The notes: generated from the sequence alone by a model not told the origin. Counted from the whole stretch's first letter, positions 13,639-27,449 are shown. The stretch is 62,334 bases of DNA, filler included, from Choristocarpus tenellus KU-1152 (GCA_964200185.2; 10 parts of 10 records of this genome joined end to end with filler, not necessarily neighbours in it); one strand, 5' to 3'. A program made the numbers and translations.

Positions 13639-13872
13639 GAATGAAGTATCCTAGAGGGTAGGAGTTTTTCCCTGGTTCTCCGTTTAGGGCTTGGATTCCC
13701 AGAGGTTTTAAAAGACATTTTTCTACTCCAAAATATTTCGGAGTAGGTAAAATGTATGCGTTATGAAAATGCGCGTCCAGAACAAGAATATTGACACTCC
13801 CTAACAAACACAATAGCCAAAATTACATCAAAATCGCAACATTGGACGGACGCAACTCTACCCTCTAACATC
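13639..13872 (+). mobile_element. MITE family B copy
   Basis: Collinear with 30741-30999; TIRs degenerate. Confidence 0.85.
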
Positions 13873-14479
13873 AATTCTGAGGCAAGTATCTATCCTAGGA
13901 AAACCTTGCTGAGTCAGTTCCCACTCACATACAAAGCTTGAAATGTAAGGAAGACATAAACATGTATCAAGAGGCGACTGGCTCTGATGCTGCCAATATG
14001 GGTGTTTGTTTGCCAATGGGGACAGGTATTGGGATTGCATTGTAGCAGATTAAGTACTTTGCATTCGCAATGAAGATTCTTTTAGGATCAGAACCCATAC
14101 ACGACCATCTACCACAAAAACAGGAATGTCTGATGAAAGATCGCTGTGGCTGTCACTAAAAACAAAGCTGTGGAGAGAGTCAATGAAAGCTTGCAATTGT
14201 GCGAGATTAACACCAGAACTTCACACCTACAAGTCTACAGGTCTCACAATAAAAATGACTAGGGTCGCTATCATATCTTTAAAATGCTAACAGAGCAGCT
14301 GGGCCTGACAGGGGAGGGGCAATCAGATTTTAAAGCAAGCTTCGCTTTGCTTAAACCTTCTGGTCAAAAATATCACGGCTGGAAAGTATAGGAGCACAAG
14401 TTGGGGCTGTTCTTGTTGGTAATAGGTGCTGGGAAACACATGAGCACTATCAGTGGAGTTGCAAATGCAGTTTGGAGAA

Positions 14480-15440
14480 GCTAACCAATCATGTAACAGG
14501 GATCCAGTGGTGGTATTGAGTGATCAACAAGTACCTCATTCATACATATCATTATCCCACTGGGATGTGTGTTAGTGCCTCTATTGGGGATATCCTCTAG
14601 GTATACGAGAGTGAGAATAAGTACAATGGTTGACTTGCATTCCCCCCACCTATATGCTTGGTAACCAGTCTCTCCATACTGTCGTGCAGAGACCAAACAC
14701 CTATGCTGGTGTGCACACTCCTAGTCTAATAATATCTTCAGATGAAACATACTCTCATTAGATAGTATCATCCATAGACTCTCAAAACATGCTCAATATA
14801 GCAAACGCAGGGTTACTGTGGTGGTACGGTGTCATAATGGCCAGGACCGGAGTACCTGAGGTGAGATTAGAGTTTTGAGTTGTAGTCATGGGACCATCTA
14901 GTACAAGAGCCGAGATATCACACCTTGGGGAGAGCCGAAAGTTGTTTACTTTGATGAGTCTGGGGATGCAATCCAGTTCTACCAAGCTGAAGCACAACTC
15001 AGGATCGGGGGCCACACTTCTTGAACTGTGCATAGGTTCAAGGAGGACAATGAGGCCCAATGCTTGAATCAATTCCAATGGTGGATACTCAGCAAGTGGG
15101 AGGTATAAATCTCCTACAGGAGAGTCCTCTAGTAATCACGGGTGACAAGGAATCCAAGTGAAACAAGACCTCAATCAAAAGTCCGGCAAGTGCTATAGAC
15201 GCAGAAAGACTACCACAAGAGTCTAGTGGTGGTCTCTCTTGTCCATGATGTTGCTGGACTGCCGTGCAGGGAATTAACACTTCTGCCTGCTGAGTATTTA
15301 CCACAGCAAACAATGAAGCATTGTGCCTCACCGTCCTTCTTCAACCTGTGCACAGTCCAAGAGCCCTTGCCCTGCAGTGAATCCGTGGACTATACAACAC
15401 TTCAGCAGAGTCCTTCATCCCGAGGTGCATTTTTGACTCG
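14480..15440 (-). mobile_element. LINE reverse transcriptase remnant
   Basis: KVNNFRLSP (cf. NYRPIS) and RGYPQ (cf. RGVPQG) occur in broken frames. Confidence 0.5.
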
Positions 15441-17661
15441 GTAGAAGAATTGGAGTACAACTCCAGACTCATTGAAGGGAACTTGTAGCTCTCCTTCAGA
15501 TCTGGTATCTACACTAATTAAATAGTTAATGAATATAACTCGAAACACCCATTTCACATCAGGAACGCCTGTCCTGGCCAGGAAGACACCACATCATAAC
15601 AGAATCTTGGGATGAACATGGCACATTCAATTAACCACGCACAATAAATATCTATGAAGAGTATAATCTCTCTGGTGATAATAATAGATTAGGAGAATGA
15701 ATACCAGCATCGGTGTTTGGCCTCTGCAATAAAATATCAACATACTGGTTGCCAGGCATAAAGGTGGGGGAATGCACATCAACCACAGTACATGTGTGTA
15801 CGTATCCATTCACTCTCGTACACCTAGAGGATACCTTCAACGGAGGCAACAAGACATATAGAAGCACGGCATTTAGACTCTTCACAACCATTGCCAGAGA
15901 ATGAACCAAACCTAGAAACACCTGGACCCTGTCCCGATCCTCCTTCCTGCCTAGAAAGCTGTTCTACTCTCCTAGTCAGGGGACACCTGTGCAGGGATTG
16001 TCCGACCACTCTATCTACTCCCCAATCATTCTTAGATCCATGCTTCAAAAGACATACATCGACACTTGTGATGGTTGAACGAACATTCTGCATTGAGTAA
16101 CAATATTTGCCCAAAAGTTGGTTTGATAAACTACAGCACTCTAGAGAAACAAAGATCGGTACAACTGGTGATTTTTTGTTTGTTTGTGAAGGAAGTTACT
16201 AATAATCTGCGAGATATGGAAATCTCTTCAACAAAGCTCAAGAAACATGATTATGCTCTAGAGCACATACTATCTATCATTCGTACAAACAACTTTCACA
16301 CAATAAGAACTACAGAGCACATGCATCACAACTCTCTTACGGTGTTACACAGTGGACCCATTTCTCGACCACGCTACTGTTGACTGTGAATGATTGTACT
16401 TTCTTTTCTTCCTTTTTTGTTTTTTTCTCTCTTCTTCCCTCACACATGAACCAAGACAATTAATACACCTTAGATAACCCTTGATGGAAATAGAGCATTG
16501 GTGTTGTGCATTCCAGCTTGAAAAAAAAAAATCCATTACACGACAAAACACAACAATGGGGTCAAATACACACCAGCCAAATTAAGATCTCTGCTGTGTT
16601 GAGCATCAAATCCTCAACTCTTTTCAGCAAGAAAAAAAAGAATAATATTGTCATTATGATAATATTTTCAGCCACATCCACCATACAATGTTGGCATCAG
16701 TCAACTCTGATCTTCCCCTCAAACTTCAGTCTAGATAACACCGTTATTCTGCAGTGAGTGAAACAGGGGTCATACTACATCACCCTGAAATTGGAATGCA
16801 TGTAGCACTCTCTGCAGCTGGAAGAGCAAGTTTGCCTCAGCGTATGTACTTCAAAGTAACCAGGAGAACATTTTACAGTTCTGGACTTTACACCCGAAAT
16901 TTGTAATGTGGACCACGCATTGACTTAAAATTGGCTTGGTGCTAACTGATATGGATAAAATTATAACACCTTGTTGAGTAGAGCGTGTGCACAATGAATA
17001 GCGAATAATACATGGTCCTAATAATACAACAATACCACTACTGTGGAGGTGTAGAGTGGCCCAAATTATCACATTGAAATTAGTTCTCGCTAAAAGAATA
17101 CTATTAAAAATTGAACTGTGTGTTTGAATGTGTTTGTGTGTGATATGTCTGTACGTTGTATAGTTTATCCTAACCAACGCATACAAGAAAAGCATGCGCA
17201 CAACAAACATCATTCTCATAGGAGAGATGGATATCGAGAGAGGGGAGAGGAGGATCTGGCAATAGGGGTGTGGTTAGGTAGAAGGGCTTCAAAAACACCG
17301 TTGACAACACTACCATCCTCAATTGGCTTGTTGTCCCCCAAGACAACACTAGTCACATGCAGCCAAAGTTACCATGAAAGGCATTTACATCTAACCAAGC
17401 ATCACTTCAGATGCTCACTCACATATACTGATGCCCATGTATGTTTCCCTGTTAGTGTACACACACCTGGTTCAGCTTTACAGTGACACGGACACCAGGG
17501 TTGAGATGTCGATCGATCCGCGCCTCCTATAAATCCATCGGATCATGCATCCATCCAATCCATGTTAAATGATCATTTGATTTAATCCACATCCCATCCC
17601 CCCCCCCCCCACACCCCCCGCAAAAAAAAACAAATAAAAAAAGAACAAAATAACACACAAA

Positions 17662-17761
17662 NNNNNNNNNNNNNNNNNNNNNNNNNNNNNNNNNNNNNNN
17701 NNNNNTTAATTAATTAANNNNNNNNNNNNNNNNNNNNNNNNNNNNNNNNNNNNNNNNNNNN
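17662..17761. other. artificial contig linker
   Basis: N/TTAATTAATTAA spacer. Confidence 0.99.
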
Positions 17762-18159
17762 CCCCAGATACTTTGACCCAGAAGGGACTACATGTGGGAC
17801 CTTTACTCTCTGATCCAGAGACTCCAAAGATGGATGATGAGATGGCAGATGATAAGGATCCTGATTGGACTTGGGAGGCAGTCTACAGTTTGATGAAGTG
17901 GAGGAAACCTCGAGTGATGGAGAACTCAAGGACACACGGGTGGTGATTACACTGTGGGATTTGATACGGAATTCAATACACAAATGGGGGATGTGGATCT
18001 ATCCACATCACAGCAGGGGAGTGATGGAAGGTTGTTGCTGAGACTAGCGGACCATAACCACAACCCCCCACCTTAACCTGGTCAACCACCTTAACCTGGT
18101 CAACCATCGGAACATGCATTACAGTATGAGTGGAGACTGCTTGGTCTGCTTGTTTGTGG

Positions 18160-18651
18160 GAAATATAGACTCCTCTCAACAGAACTTAAGACAATGCAAG
18201 CAGCGAAGGAGTCAGAGGAGTGGCCCTTGTGGAGAGGAGCTATTAATGAGGAAGTAGATGATTTAGACAGCCGGGGAGTGTGGATTCAAGTACCTCGCCC
18301 CACTGATGGCCACAAGGTACTTGGCACTGAGATGGTTTTCACCAAAGCAGATGGATGGGAAAGGGAGAGTGCCGAGGTCCAAGGCGGGACTAGGACTGCT
18401 GGAAGGACAGAGGGTGGAGCAGAACGGGACTGTTCCAGACGACTACAGATATATGGTTGGTCGTATACAATGTGCTGCTATCATGACTAGACCTGATGTA
18501 TGTTTTGCAGTTAGAGAGTTGGCTTCTTGCGCGGAGAATCCAAGTTGATCTGATTGGTGTGATGCTAGGAGAGTGATTGGGTACCTGTTGGGTACTAAAG
18601 AGCATGGAATTACCTTTGGAGACTTTGGATTGTATGGGAATGGACCAAGGG
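18160..18651 (+). mobile_element. Ty1/copia reverse transcriptase remnant
   Basis: W..AINEEVDDLDSRGVW..VPRP..KVLGT..VF and YRYMVGRIQCAAIMTRPDVCFAVRELAS...RRVIGYLLGTKEHGITFG are canonical copia RT motifs. Confidence 0.9.
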
Positions 18652-18890
18652 TTCACAATCATGATAACTGATCCCTTGGTCCATTCCCATACAATCCAAA
18701 ATCTTCGAAGGTAAAGCCATGCCCTTTAGTGTTCCTAACAGATACCCAATTACCCTCTTAGCATTCATCCAGTCAGATCAACTTGGTTTCTCCACACTAA
18801 TTGCCAACTCTCTAACCGCAAAAGACAAATATGGTCTCATTATAGCAGCCCATTGTATACCACCATCCATAGAGCTGTAGTCAACAACAG
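18430..18890. repeat. foldback inverted repeat, ~220-bp arms, ~20-nt loop
   Basis: 18673-18890 is the diverged reverse complement of 18430-18651; the innermost 28 bp pair perfectly. Confidence 0.92.
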
Positions 18891-20003
18891 CTTCTTGAAC
18901 ACAGAGTATCCTCAAAATGGGCATTTTCAAGCATCTCCCCTCCACTGAGTTTCAAAGGTCAGGCACATCTTTGGTTCACTTTCTCAGAACGTTCAAAAAT
19001 GTGATTTTTTTATTTTTTTATTTTTTTGGTTTTGATGGTCATTCAACTTGTTCCAAGATTGTAGGCAGATAACAATAATAGTAAAAAATATTAAAAATTA
19101 CCATTTCTAACAACATCAAATCCCAATAGTACCAACAATAACAAGCAAGAAAGGTGCACCTGTTACTAGAAGCAAATAAAAAGCACTTCATAGTTGTAGG
19201 TGCCTTCAATGCAAAAAACTTACCTTAAAAACCCTAAGCTCACAACCTTTAGCTAGTAGGAGGAACACCAAATACTACTGATTTTGAAAGGGACAAATCT
19301 CGGATCTATTTCTCTTCTTCTGGAGGTGCAATTTCAGAGCAATGATGATGTCACGATTTGAAAAAAAAAAAAGTGAAAAAAGAAAGGCTGGAAAAACAGG
19401 AATTTGGGGGTGCCTTCTACTCCACGTCTGGAAGGCATTAAAAAAATACAAAAAAGAGCACTCTGCTTTACATCATCCACAACAGAAGGGGTCATGTCTG
19501 CAGATAGAAAGAGCTCTTCATCGATACTACGGAGGGATACATAAAAATACACACACATAGCGCTAGTGGCACACGATAGCATACTATGGGGATCCCAATA
19601 AGGGTTATGTTTTACTTTTTGAAAAAAAAAATAAGAGTATATTTTCCTCTTACACACCCTCGAGCTCATTCAGGGGTTACTTTACAGAAATTCGTTTGAG
19701 AGCAGAACACACTACAGAAGTGTCATACCTCACAATCAACAGGAGTTAGAGCTAGGATAATATCAGTCACTCTTAAAAATAAATTAAATCAATGATAAGA
19801 ATAAGAATAGTAATTAAGGGTCAGGCAACCATCAACGGTTAGGGCAGCAACTGAGTAAAGAGCTGGAACAACAAGGAAAAAGGGGTTAGGGCAACAGTGG
19901 AGTTGAGGGTTGGAGCAACTTTTGAGGGGGAAACTAAGAAAACCTTGACAAAACACACTCACAACGACATTAAAAACCAACACAAACGGCATTACCTACA
20001 TAC

Positions 20004-20642
20004 CTGTGGATATAGCACTTTTGAAACTGAATTCGACGAGGCAGCAGCATCAATTCCTTCGCTAACGCCTGCCATACCCCCTCCCACTCCCGATCCATCA
20101 TAGGACGCTGCCCCCAACCCCAACCCCAATCCCAACCCCAACCCCAATCCTTCCACTTCCCCTTCCCAAGGCATCATCGCCTTCATTTCTGGTAACTCCA
20201 CTGCTGCAGCCCTTGAATCCATCAACACAGGAAGGGGGACAGTATCCAACATGCCAGCACTCAATGACGGCATGGCGCTTAGTGTTATTGAACCAGATTG
20301 CACGATCCCACCTTTCGATTCTTCAACACTTACTTGGACACCAATACCACCCCCCCCCCATTGGGTAGTATCTCCTGACAACCCCATACTCATCACACTG
20401 GTCACTGGCAACGAAGACCCATCAGAGAGCCCACTTGAGTACTTGGCGTCGAGGGGCGTCAAGTTGACAGGTGCTGTATCCCCCAGCCCCCGACTCTTTT
20501 GACTGCGCACATAACCTTGGCATTCATCTTTTCCAACTCGATGCTGCCTCCCCTGCTTCTCTGTCAGCATTTCACTTCCCATCTGTTTCTCCCTCAAAAT
20601 GCCTTGCCTCGAAGACAGGTGTGTGTCCACAACAACAACACT
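20004..20642 (-). CDS. internal exon (213 codons) of an unknown low-complexity S/G-rich protein
   Basis: Open frame bounded by CAG acceptor (20645-20643) and GTATGT donor; contains a GLGLGLG tract. Probable upstream exons near 20700-20940 and 22030-22190 are unresolved. Confidence 0.6.
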
Positions 20643-21528
20643 CTGGGGGTGCAGAGAGATTGGGGTAAGTAAGGGAGCGGTCGGGTGACAGGGTAGGCAC
20701 CCTTCCTCTGCTAAAAAAAAGCGAGCACTGAACATTACTGTTTAAAAAATACTGTTCTGCTTTATGGTGACCCGAGGCTGAGCCTCGTATAACATTTTCT
20801 TCGTACACAGGAAACAAGGGGAGGAATGTTCAAGCACCCAAAGGGTTTCCAAAACCTTGGAAAGCATCATCTCTTTCTCTTTCACCATGAATCAGATCTT
20901 GTCGAGACAGATATGTACGCAAGATAGGAACATGCGCTAAAACAAAAAAGAACTGGGATACAGGGAAAGAAAGGTGGTGACATTATAGAAGTAGGCTTTT
21001 CCCAAAGAGTCGAGGAGCTTAAACGTGCGCTGTATGGTTCACTATTACAAGCCAGTTACAATTCCCCTGATATCCCACAGCCCTTCCCCAGTACTGTACT
21101 GGTGACAACACTGAATTCACTTTGATTACCACTTTTAACGACTCAATTTTTTTTTATCACATGAACCGCAGCTATTCTACTGCCTCCTTTGGCCAACAAA
21201 CATAATATTTCTGTACCTAATTCTATATTATTGATTGTTATCACTTTCATACTAAAGCAAATTATTATAAAGGCAATAATGTACTTAAATACTTCTTCAA
21301 CACAAGAAAAACATATTCAAAGATCAAGACTGATGATCTTGACTCCACCAAATCTAACTTGTTCCCCATTCCAGGATTAAATGCCCCAAGCTCAGGGACC
21401 AGAAACAACTTTAGGCAACTAAGGAAAAGAGACCTAGGTTTTGGAGAAATGAGTAGAAGATCTGGATCTTACAATTCATAGAAACATTACCACATTCTAG
21501 GCTTTTCGGGTCATAACAGATTCACTAG

Positions 21529-21583
21529 TTCCGTGACAGTTCCGTGACAGTTCCATGACGGTTCCATGACAGTGTTGGGACAG
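21529..21583. repeat. 11-bp tandem repeat (TTCCRTGACRG, ~4 copies)
   Basis: Directly visible. Confidence 0.85.
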
Positions 21584-22993
21584 TTCAAATCAATGATGTT
21601 ACAGCACAAAATGTGTTTCCTTGCACGCAGGAAAAGCTATCCAGAAACCTTTTGCATGTTGTTGTTTTTTTGTTTTTTTTCTTTCTTGCAAAATCTTACA
21701 AAGTGAAGTAAGTTGTTGCGCAAATTTTCGTGAAGCCAACTTGTACTGGAAATATCAACTATCCACAAGCATGGTTAGAGCTGCCACACTACGATTAACT
21801 TGAAAAAACCTAACACAGGTGTGAAACAAAAAATGGATAGAAAAAATTGCAAAAAGAGATTACACCTGGAACACAACTCAAGAGGGAATGCATACGTACA
21901 ACTGGAGTATAGAATGCCACCATAAGGGCAGGGATTGATAGGGGTAAATGGGAAAAGGAAACGTACTTTAGGTTTCTTGAGACAAAGGATATGTATACTT
22001 CATAAAACTTTCACTTTTGACACCCTCACATTTGAAAGACCGGGTGCATTTCTGGAAGCCCCACTGACTGGGACAAAATCTGATGCTGTCCCCAGTGACC
22101 CTGGACAGCAGATCCGGTCATAAGAGTATTGCTGTTGGGACTGGAGAGACGGTCCTGGGGCCTGTGAAGGAATCTGCCCAGTACCACTGCTGTCAGGACA
22201 GGGTGAGGGTATCTTGTTGTGAGTATTAATGTGCACACATAATCCCTGAAAATCTAGGAGAATGTCTACCCCAATAGTGCAATAAACACTATTAGTCCTG
22301 TCTTGGGCTCTTTCTCTACCATAGTTGTATGGTACTTAAACATGAAGTAAGATTATTGCTCATTGAGCTTCTTGATCATAGTTGCACCTCAATGAGACAC
22401 AAGTTACACTGGGGGACTTTTCAATAGAGGAAATTCACCAAGACAACAGTGATCCAATTATCACTTCAATGCAATACATCATACTGCAGCACCCAAATCG
22501 TCACAGGAGTGTCCATAAATGTTAGACCTCAAAAAAATATATCTCTCATTTGTTCTCACAATTGGTAAGATCGACTTGCTAGGATGCAGTCCTCCACAGG
22601 AAATATCATATACTGTCACAGATGCCATATTGTGGATCAATATTGCCCAAGGGTGAAAACAAATGCGGAGTGCATTTCCTGTGTTGCCAAGGATTCATCA
22701 ACTAGAAGATATTTCCTGTGAAGGACTGCCTCCTAGCAAGTCCATCGTAAAATTATGAGAACAAACGAGAGATAATTTTTTTCGAGGTCTGACATGGATT
22801 GAATCCTTGGCAACACAGGAAACACACCGCGCATTTGTTTTCGCCCTTGGGCAGTATGGAGATGCTTGGCCACCATTGCCACCCTCTTCTCTAGTAAAAA
22901 TTCGAGCCACCTTGTGGCATTTGTCACACAACAACCACACGTCCGACCTGCTTGCCACATAGATGTGGCATCCAAGAAGCTGTACATCACCCC

Positions 22994-23033
<40 letters not shown>

Positions 23034-23054
23034 ACCACCAACCCACCCCCCAAC

Positions 23055-23154
23055 NNNNNNNNNNNNNNNNNNNNNNNNNNNNNNNNNNNNNNNNNNNNTT
23101 AATTAATTAANNNNNNNNNNNNNNNNNNNNNNNNNNNNNNNNNNNNNNNNNNNN
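23055..23154. other. artificial contig linker
   Basis: N/TTAATTAATTAA spacer. Confidence 0.99.
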
Positions 23155-23468
23155 ATGTCCCATTGCGTCTCCCACAATCCATGAAATGGCAGGGTCCTTA
23201 GCAATACATCCAGCGTCTCCCACGATCCTGGAAATATCCCTAGTGTCACGCCTAAAGTGAATCTTTTGAAAAAGTAGTACTAAACAATTGACGTATCACT
23301 GAAATACCATACACACAAACACGAGGAAAACCTCTCCCTGACTAAAGTCAGTCTGCATAAAACATCACAGCTGTCACTTGACTACTGTGGGTATGCACTA
23401 AAATACACAAGAGATGGGGGACAAAATCAAATTAAAACATTTAGAAGGACAAACACAAAAGAAGACAG

Positions 23469-24161
23469 TCATGGGGAATAACGATCAGATTCACCAAAAT
23501 AGGAGCCGATGAACCCTTCTAACCTTTCCATCCTATCAGCAAGGTCCTCTTGGTTGGATGACGGAGGTGAAGCTGTCGACACCATATTGGCATACTTTTC
23601 CCCTCTTCTTGGGGGTTTTCTGGTTTTCTCCCTTGCCCGAAGGGTCAGGGAATATTCATCATAGTCATGTCCTATCCCCCGGCACCTTGGGTATCTTCCA
23701 TCTCTATCTTCATCTTCCCCCATTCTTGCAGAGGCACCTGCGTGTCGTCCCCTGTCCAGGTTGGGGCAGTCACCTCTCACGTGGCCAACGCTGCCACACA
23801 AGTAACAGACTATGCGCCCCTTCCCGCGACCCTTTCTGCCTGAAGATTTCTTTCCTGCACTAGCAATCAAAGCATGGCTATTACCAGTGGTCTTGCCCAT
23901 GTTAATCGCCTGCAGGTCTTTAAATCTCGCCACCACCATTTTCTCCACATCCTGCACCGTCTTGGTCTCCCCATAGTCTATGAAGCTCTTGACTTGGGAG
24001 TAATTCTCCCCCAGCTTGTTGAGGATAGTAGCTACCTTCTTCTCTTCTGTGATGACCTCGCCCATTTTTCCGGAAAACGTGGGGAGTGATGTGATCTTGG
24101 CAGCATTCATGGCAGATGTCTTATACACAATGCTCACTATCAGTCTTGTCGCTTCGCACAA
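23469..24161 (-). mobile_element. gag: copia-type gag, internally deleted
   Basis: LPTFSGK N-terminal motif, KVATILNKLGENY, and the CCHC knuckle CYLCGSVGHVRGDC. Confidence 0.85.
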
Positions 24162-24824
24162 CGTTCCAGGAATATTCGGTCTGCTACGTAGCGTGTTGAA
24201 CTATCCCACACTGGACCCGCAGCTTTTATGGTGCTTTAATGAAGGACAAAGAACAGCTTGATATAGATGAACAATGTTAGTATTACAAGGGCCTTTGTAT
24301 CTCGATTCCGCTGACTGAGCTCGTGGGTGAGACTCTAGCCTTAATTACCATCATTTCTCTATAGTGTGGGGTTTGTAACCGTCCACACTATTTTACTGTG
24401 AATTACTTATTTACTTATCTTAAGTATAGGAAGTGTATCTTGAACATGATCTAAAACCAATCAACACTATGAGTCAGTACATATAATATATCTGTTACTG
24501 GCTTCTCCATCCTATTGTCTAATCCACCGGTGGTGTCTACGTGTATCAGCAGCACTATCTACGAACATTGACTGCCGTGAGGGGTTTGCAACGTCCACAT
24601 GGATAATCAGAAAAGAATACTGCAATCAGAAAAGAATACTATCACTGCATCATACATACGTTGTGCAGACCATCAACTAAGATATACCGAAACATGTATC
24701 TGTCTCTACTTTTCCTCCATTACTCCATTACTCCACTGGTGGTGTTTACCTTTCCTATCTTCTCCACCGATGATGTTGTGTATAAGTGTATCAGCAGCAC
24801 TATCTACGAACAGGTGTCCCTATA

Positions 24825-25300
24825 TATTAATGAGGATTTCTCTAATGCTCTTGACGCTCTGCACCTCAAAGCCGGCGGAAAACCGTCTCAGGCCTCCATC
24901 AACACAGCAAGAGCATGGATCGGTATGAAAGACAACGATGAAGTGTGGCCAATGCGATACTAGAGGATATGAAAGACCAGCTGCTCGAGAAATTGTTGCA
25001 GCAGTCAGACAATGAAAGCTTGGGTGACGAGGATGACGATGGTTGATGGGAGTGGGCAGCGCATCGGGGGCCATGAGGAAAGGAGCAGCCTCTTCGGTGT
25101 TCTTGATTCCTCCATCGCCGTGCTCTCAAGTAGCTGATGAGGTTGCAAGCTTTTAAACAACTGTCTGAAGAGTGCAGCGCATGAACGATGTTTCGTACCA
25201 TCTCCGGAAAGCAAAGCTGGCATGGCTCAGCACAATCAGGGCAAGGGCAATCAAACAAGTGGGGATTCGAGATTTTTTGGCAGTCGCGATTTTTTATCAA
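24825..25300 (+). mobile_element. pogo/Tigger-like transposase C-terminal remnant
   Basis: Acidic tract (DNESLGDEDDDG) followed by ...RARAIKQVGIRDFL, like the KQxxIxDFF tail of pogo-type transposases. Confidence 0.45.
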
Positions 25301-25629
25301 CGAATTAAGTTGTTTTACTCAGTGCGTGCGATGGGAGGAGCATGGTCGTGCAGCTACATTTGATCTGCAGTGGTAGTTTTGATGCTCTACTGCATATTAT
25401 CCTTGTAGAGTGCAATTGAATACGTAGGGCAGGGCATTGAAGGGAGATTGGCTTCGAACATTGATTTGATTTGAACTGCAAGTCGTCTGTCCAGCAATCC
25501 AACGACTTGCGGATGCTTTTCTTGGGAAGGTGTACTATTCAAATGAGTGAATACATTGTAATGAGTGTAATTTACCCCAAGATACAGTACAGTATACGTA
25601 TGACACTTGTATACTGTGGAGGGGTGGTG

Positions 25630-26840
25630 TGTTAAAGTATTGCCCAAATCATCAAAGAGGACAAAGGTGATAAACCTGGCGAGACTGATTCCTCCCCTGT
25701 GGTGAGCTGCTACCAACCAAAGCGTGCCTGTTCTTGTGTCTTGAGTCCTTCCCCTCATTAAGGGAAGCATATCACTCTCTAGCAGTTTTCTCTACGTCTG
25801 CTCGACATAGTGTCCTCTGCGAGGTCATCATGCGTAGCTCGGTATCGTAATCTGATGTGAGAGCACTCAGGAACTGTAGGAGCAGCAGCTTGTCTGAGAT
25901 GACCAGGTCCATTGATAGCATCCTCTCCCGTAGCTCTTCTAAGTGGTTTAAGGTCAGGGTCGGATTCACCCCCTTCTCCACTTTTGAAGTGAAAAACTCA
26001 TGGAACAAATCTTGGCAATTACCCACTGTATTAGGCATGAACCGATCACCTATTGCTTGGAAAAGCTCGCTTGGGCTTTGGTGTGTATAGCACAGCACCC
26101 TGGTGGTGGGTGCGATGAGAGCAACAGTAAGTGTATGGTAGGCCTCTTCGGCAATCCAGACATCATTCACACTGAAGCCATTCAAGAGAAGTTCCTCGTA
26201 GGAGCGTTCTTGGTTGACTGTTCTTTCACTTGTCAACGTACCCAAACGGTGGGTATATCGGCAATGCATGATGAAACGCCTCTGCCAGCCCTGGTAGTCC
26301 GAGTCATCCAATAGTTTTGGTTGTTGGGTCCTTGATCTCTTTGTCTTAGGGCGAACAATATGTGCGCCTGGCCCCAAGCTCTCCGAAGAACGGACCTCCA
26401 GCTCGCCCCACTTCTGACGCTCACAGCATCCATACACTGTTTTCTCTCTCTGGGGAATTTTCCCTCAACATGGGTTCCATAGGACCCACTTCAATCGGTA
26501 TGTGCCCAGCCAGAGGCCGTGTGCTGGGCACAGCGGCCTGGATGACAGAATGATTTCCGTCGCCGACTCTATCAGACCTCATTATGAGATTGCCAACGTT
26601 TCTTTACAGATCCGCTACCGTCGCCATAAGCTGTCTAAATTCTTGGACAGATGGACCCTCAGCAAGAACAGGTTCCAGCAATTCTTGAATAGACGGGCCC
26701 ACGGCAGGAACAGGTAGAATCGCGTCTCCTCGGGTAGACATGATGAAATGATGGGCTAGAAACCTAAGGTTCAATATATTGTGTTAAAGTATCGCCCAAA
26801 TCATCAAAGAGGATAAAGGTGATAAACCCAGCGAGATTGA
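25630..26840 (-). mobile_element. deleted copia-like element: gag remnant (25772-26437) between two ~60-bp LTR-end repeats (25630, 26782)
   Basis: Gag-like ...ISDKLLLLQFLSALTSDYD...; repeats TGTTAAAGTATYSCCMAAATCATCAAAGAGG also occur at 37566-37628 (reverse) and 57660. Confidence 0.7.
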
Positions 26841-27449
26841 TGTCTATAGAGTGATTAAAGCTATGCGGGGCATGCAGCACCCCATAAAATCAGAAATATT
26901 TCCTTTAAGATGAGAACTTTCTCATAAAGCTAATCACTAGTAAAAGGTTCTGATAACTCAACCACTAATGATAGAGTTGGAAGAGTCTAATCAAACATGA
27001 TGTAGATGTGGTGCTTGCTGCACCACCACAGCTCAATCAAAATGGACTCACCGAGGGAAATGTTCAATACATGTCTACGTGTAACTACTCTTGAAGGCAC
27101 ATGGGAAGCACATACAGCAAGGGCGTCGCTCTGTCATCGTTCGGGGACAAGAATAAAAGTGCCTACGACCACTTTTGTTGATATAAAATATGTTCCTTAT
27201 CATGATCCCTCGATTTAAGAGAAAATTCCTCTTATATACAATAAGAGAGGATCGGGATATAAGAGAGGGATTTTTTGTTGCTCTACCCTCTCTTACATAG
27301 GTACACGAACTACATATAATCACCAAAAAGTTAGGAAGACATGACGAGAATGTTGAAGAGGAGGTCATCCAGATTATTGGTTTGGAGGTATTTGGAACAC
27401 CTCTATCACACAGAAATCACACGTTTAGAAGTTCAGCAAGCTAATGATC

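Noticed and set aside
20701-20938. Exon-like frame with a single in-frame TGA (possible selenocysteine)
   Set aside because: No redox motif or identifiable SECIS; alternative GT donors exist before the TGA.
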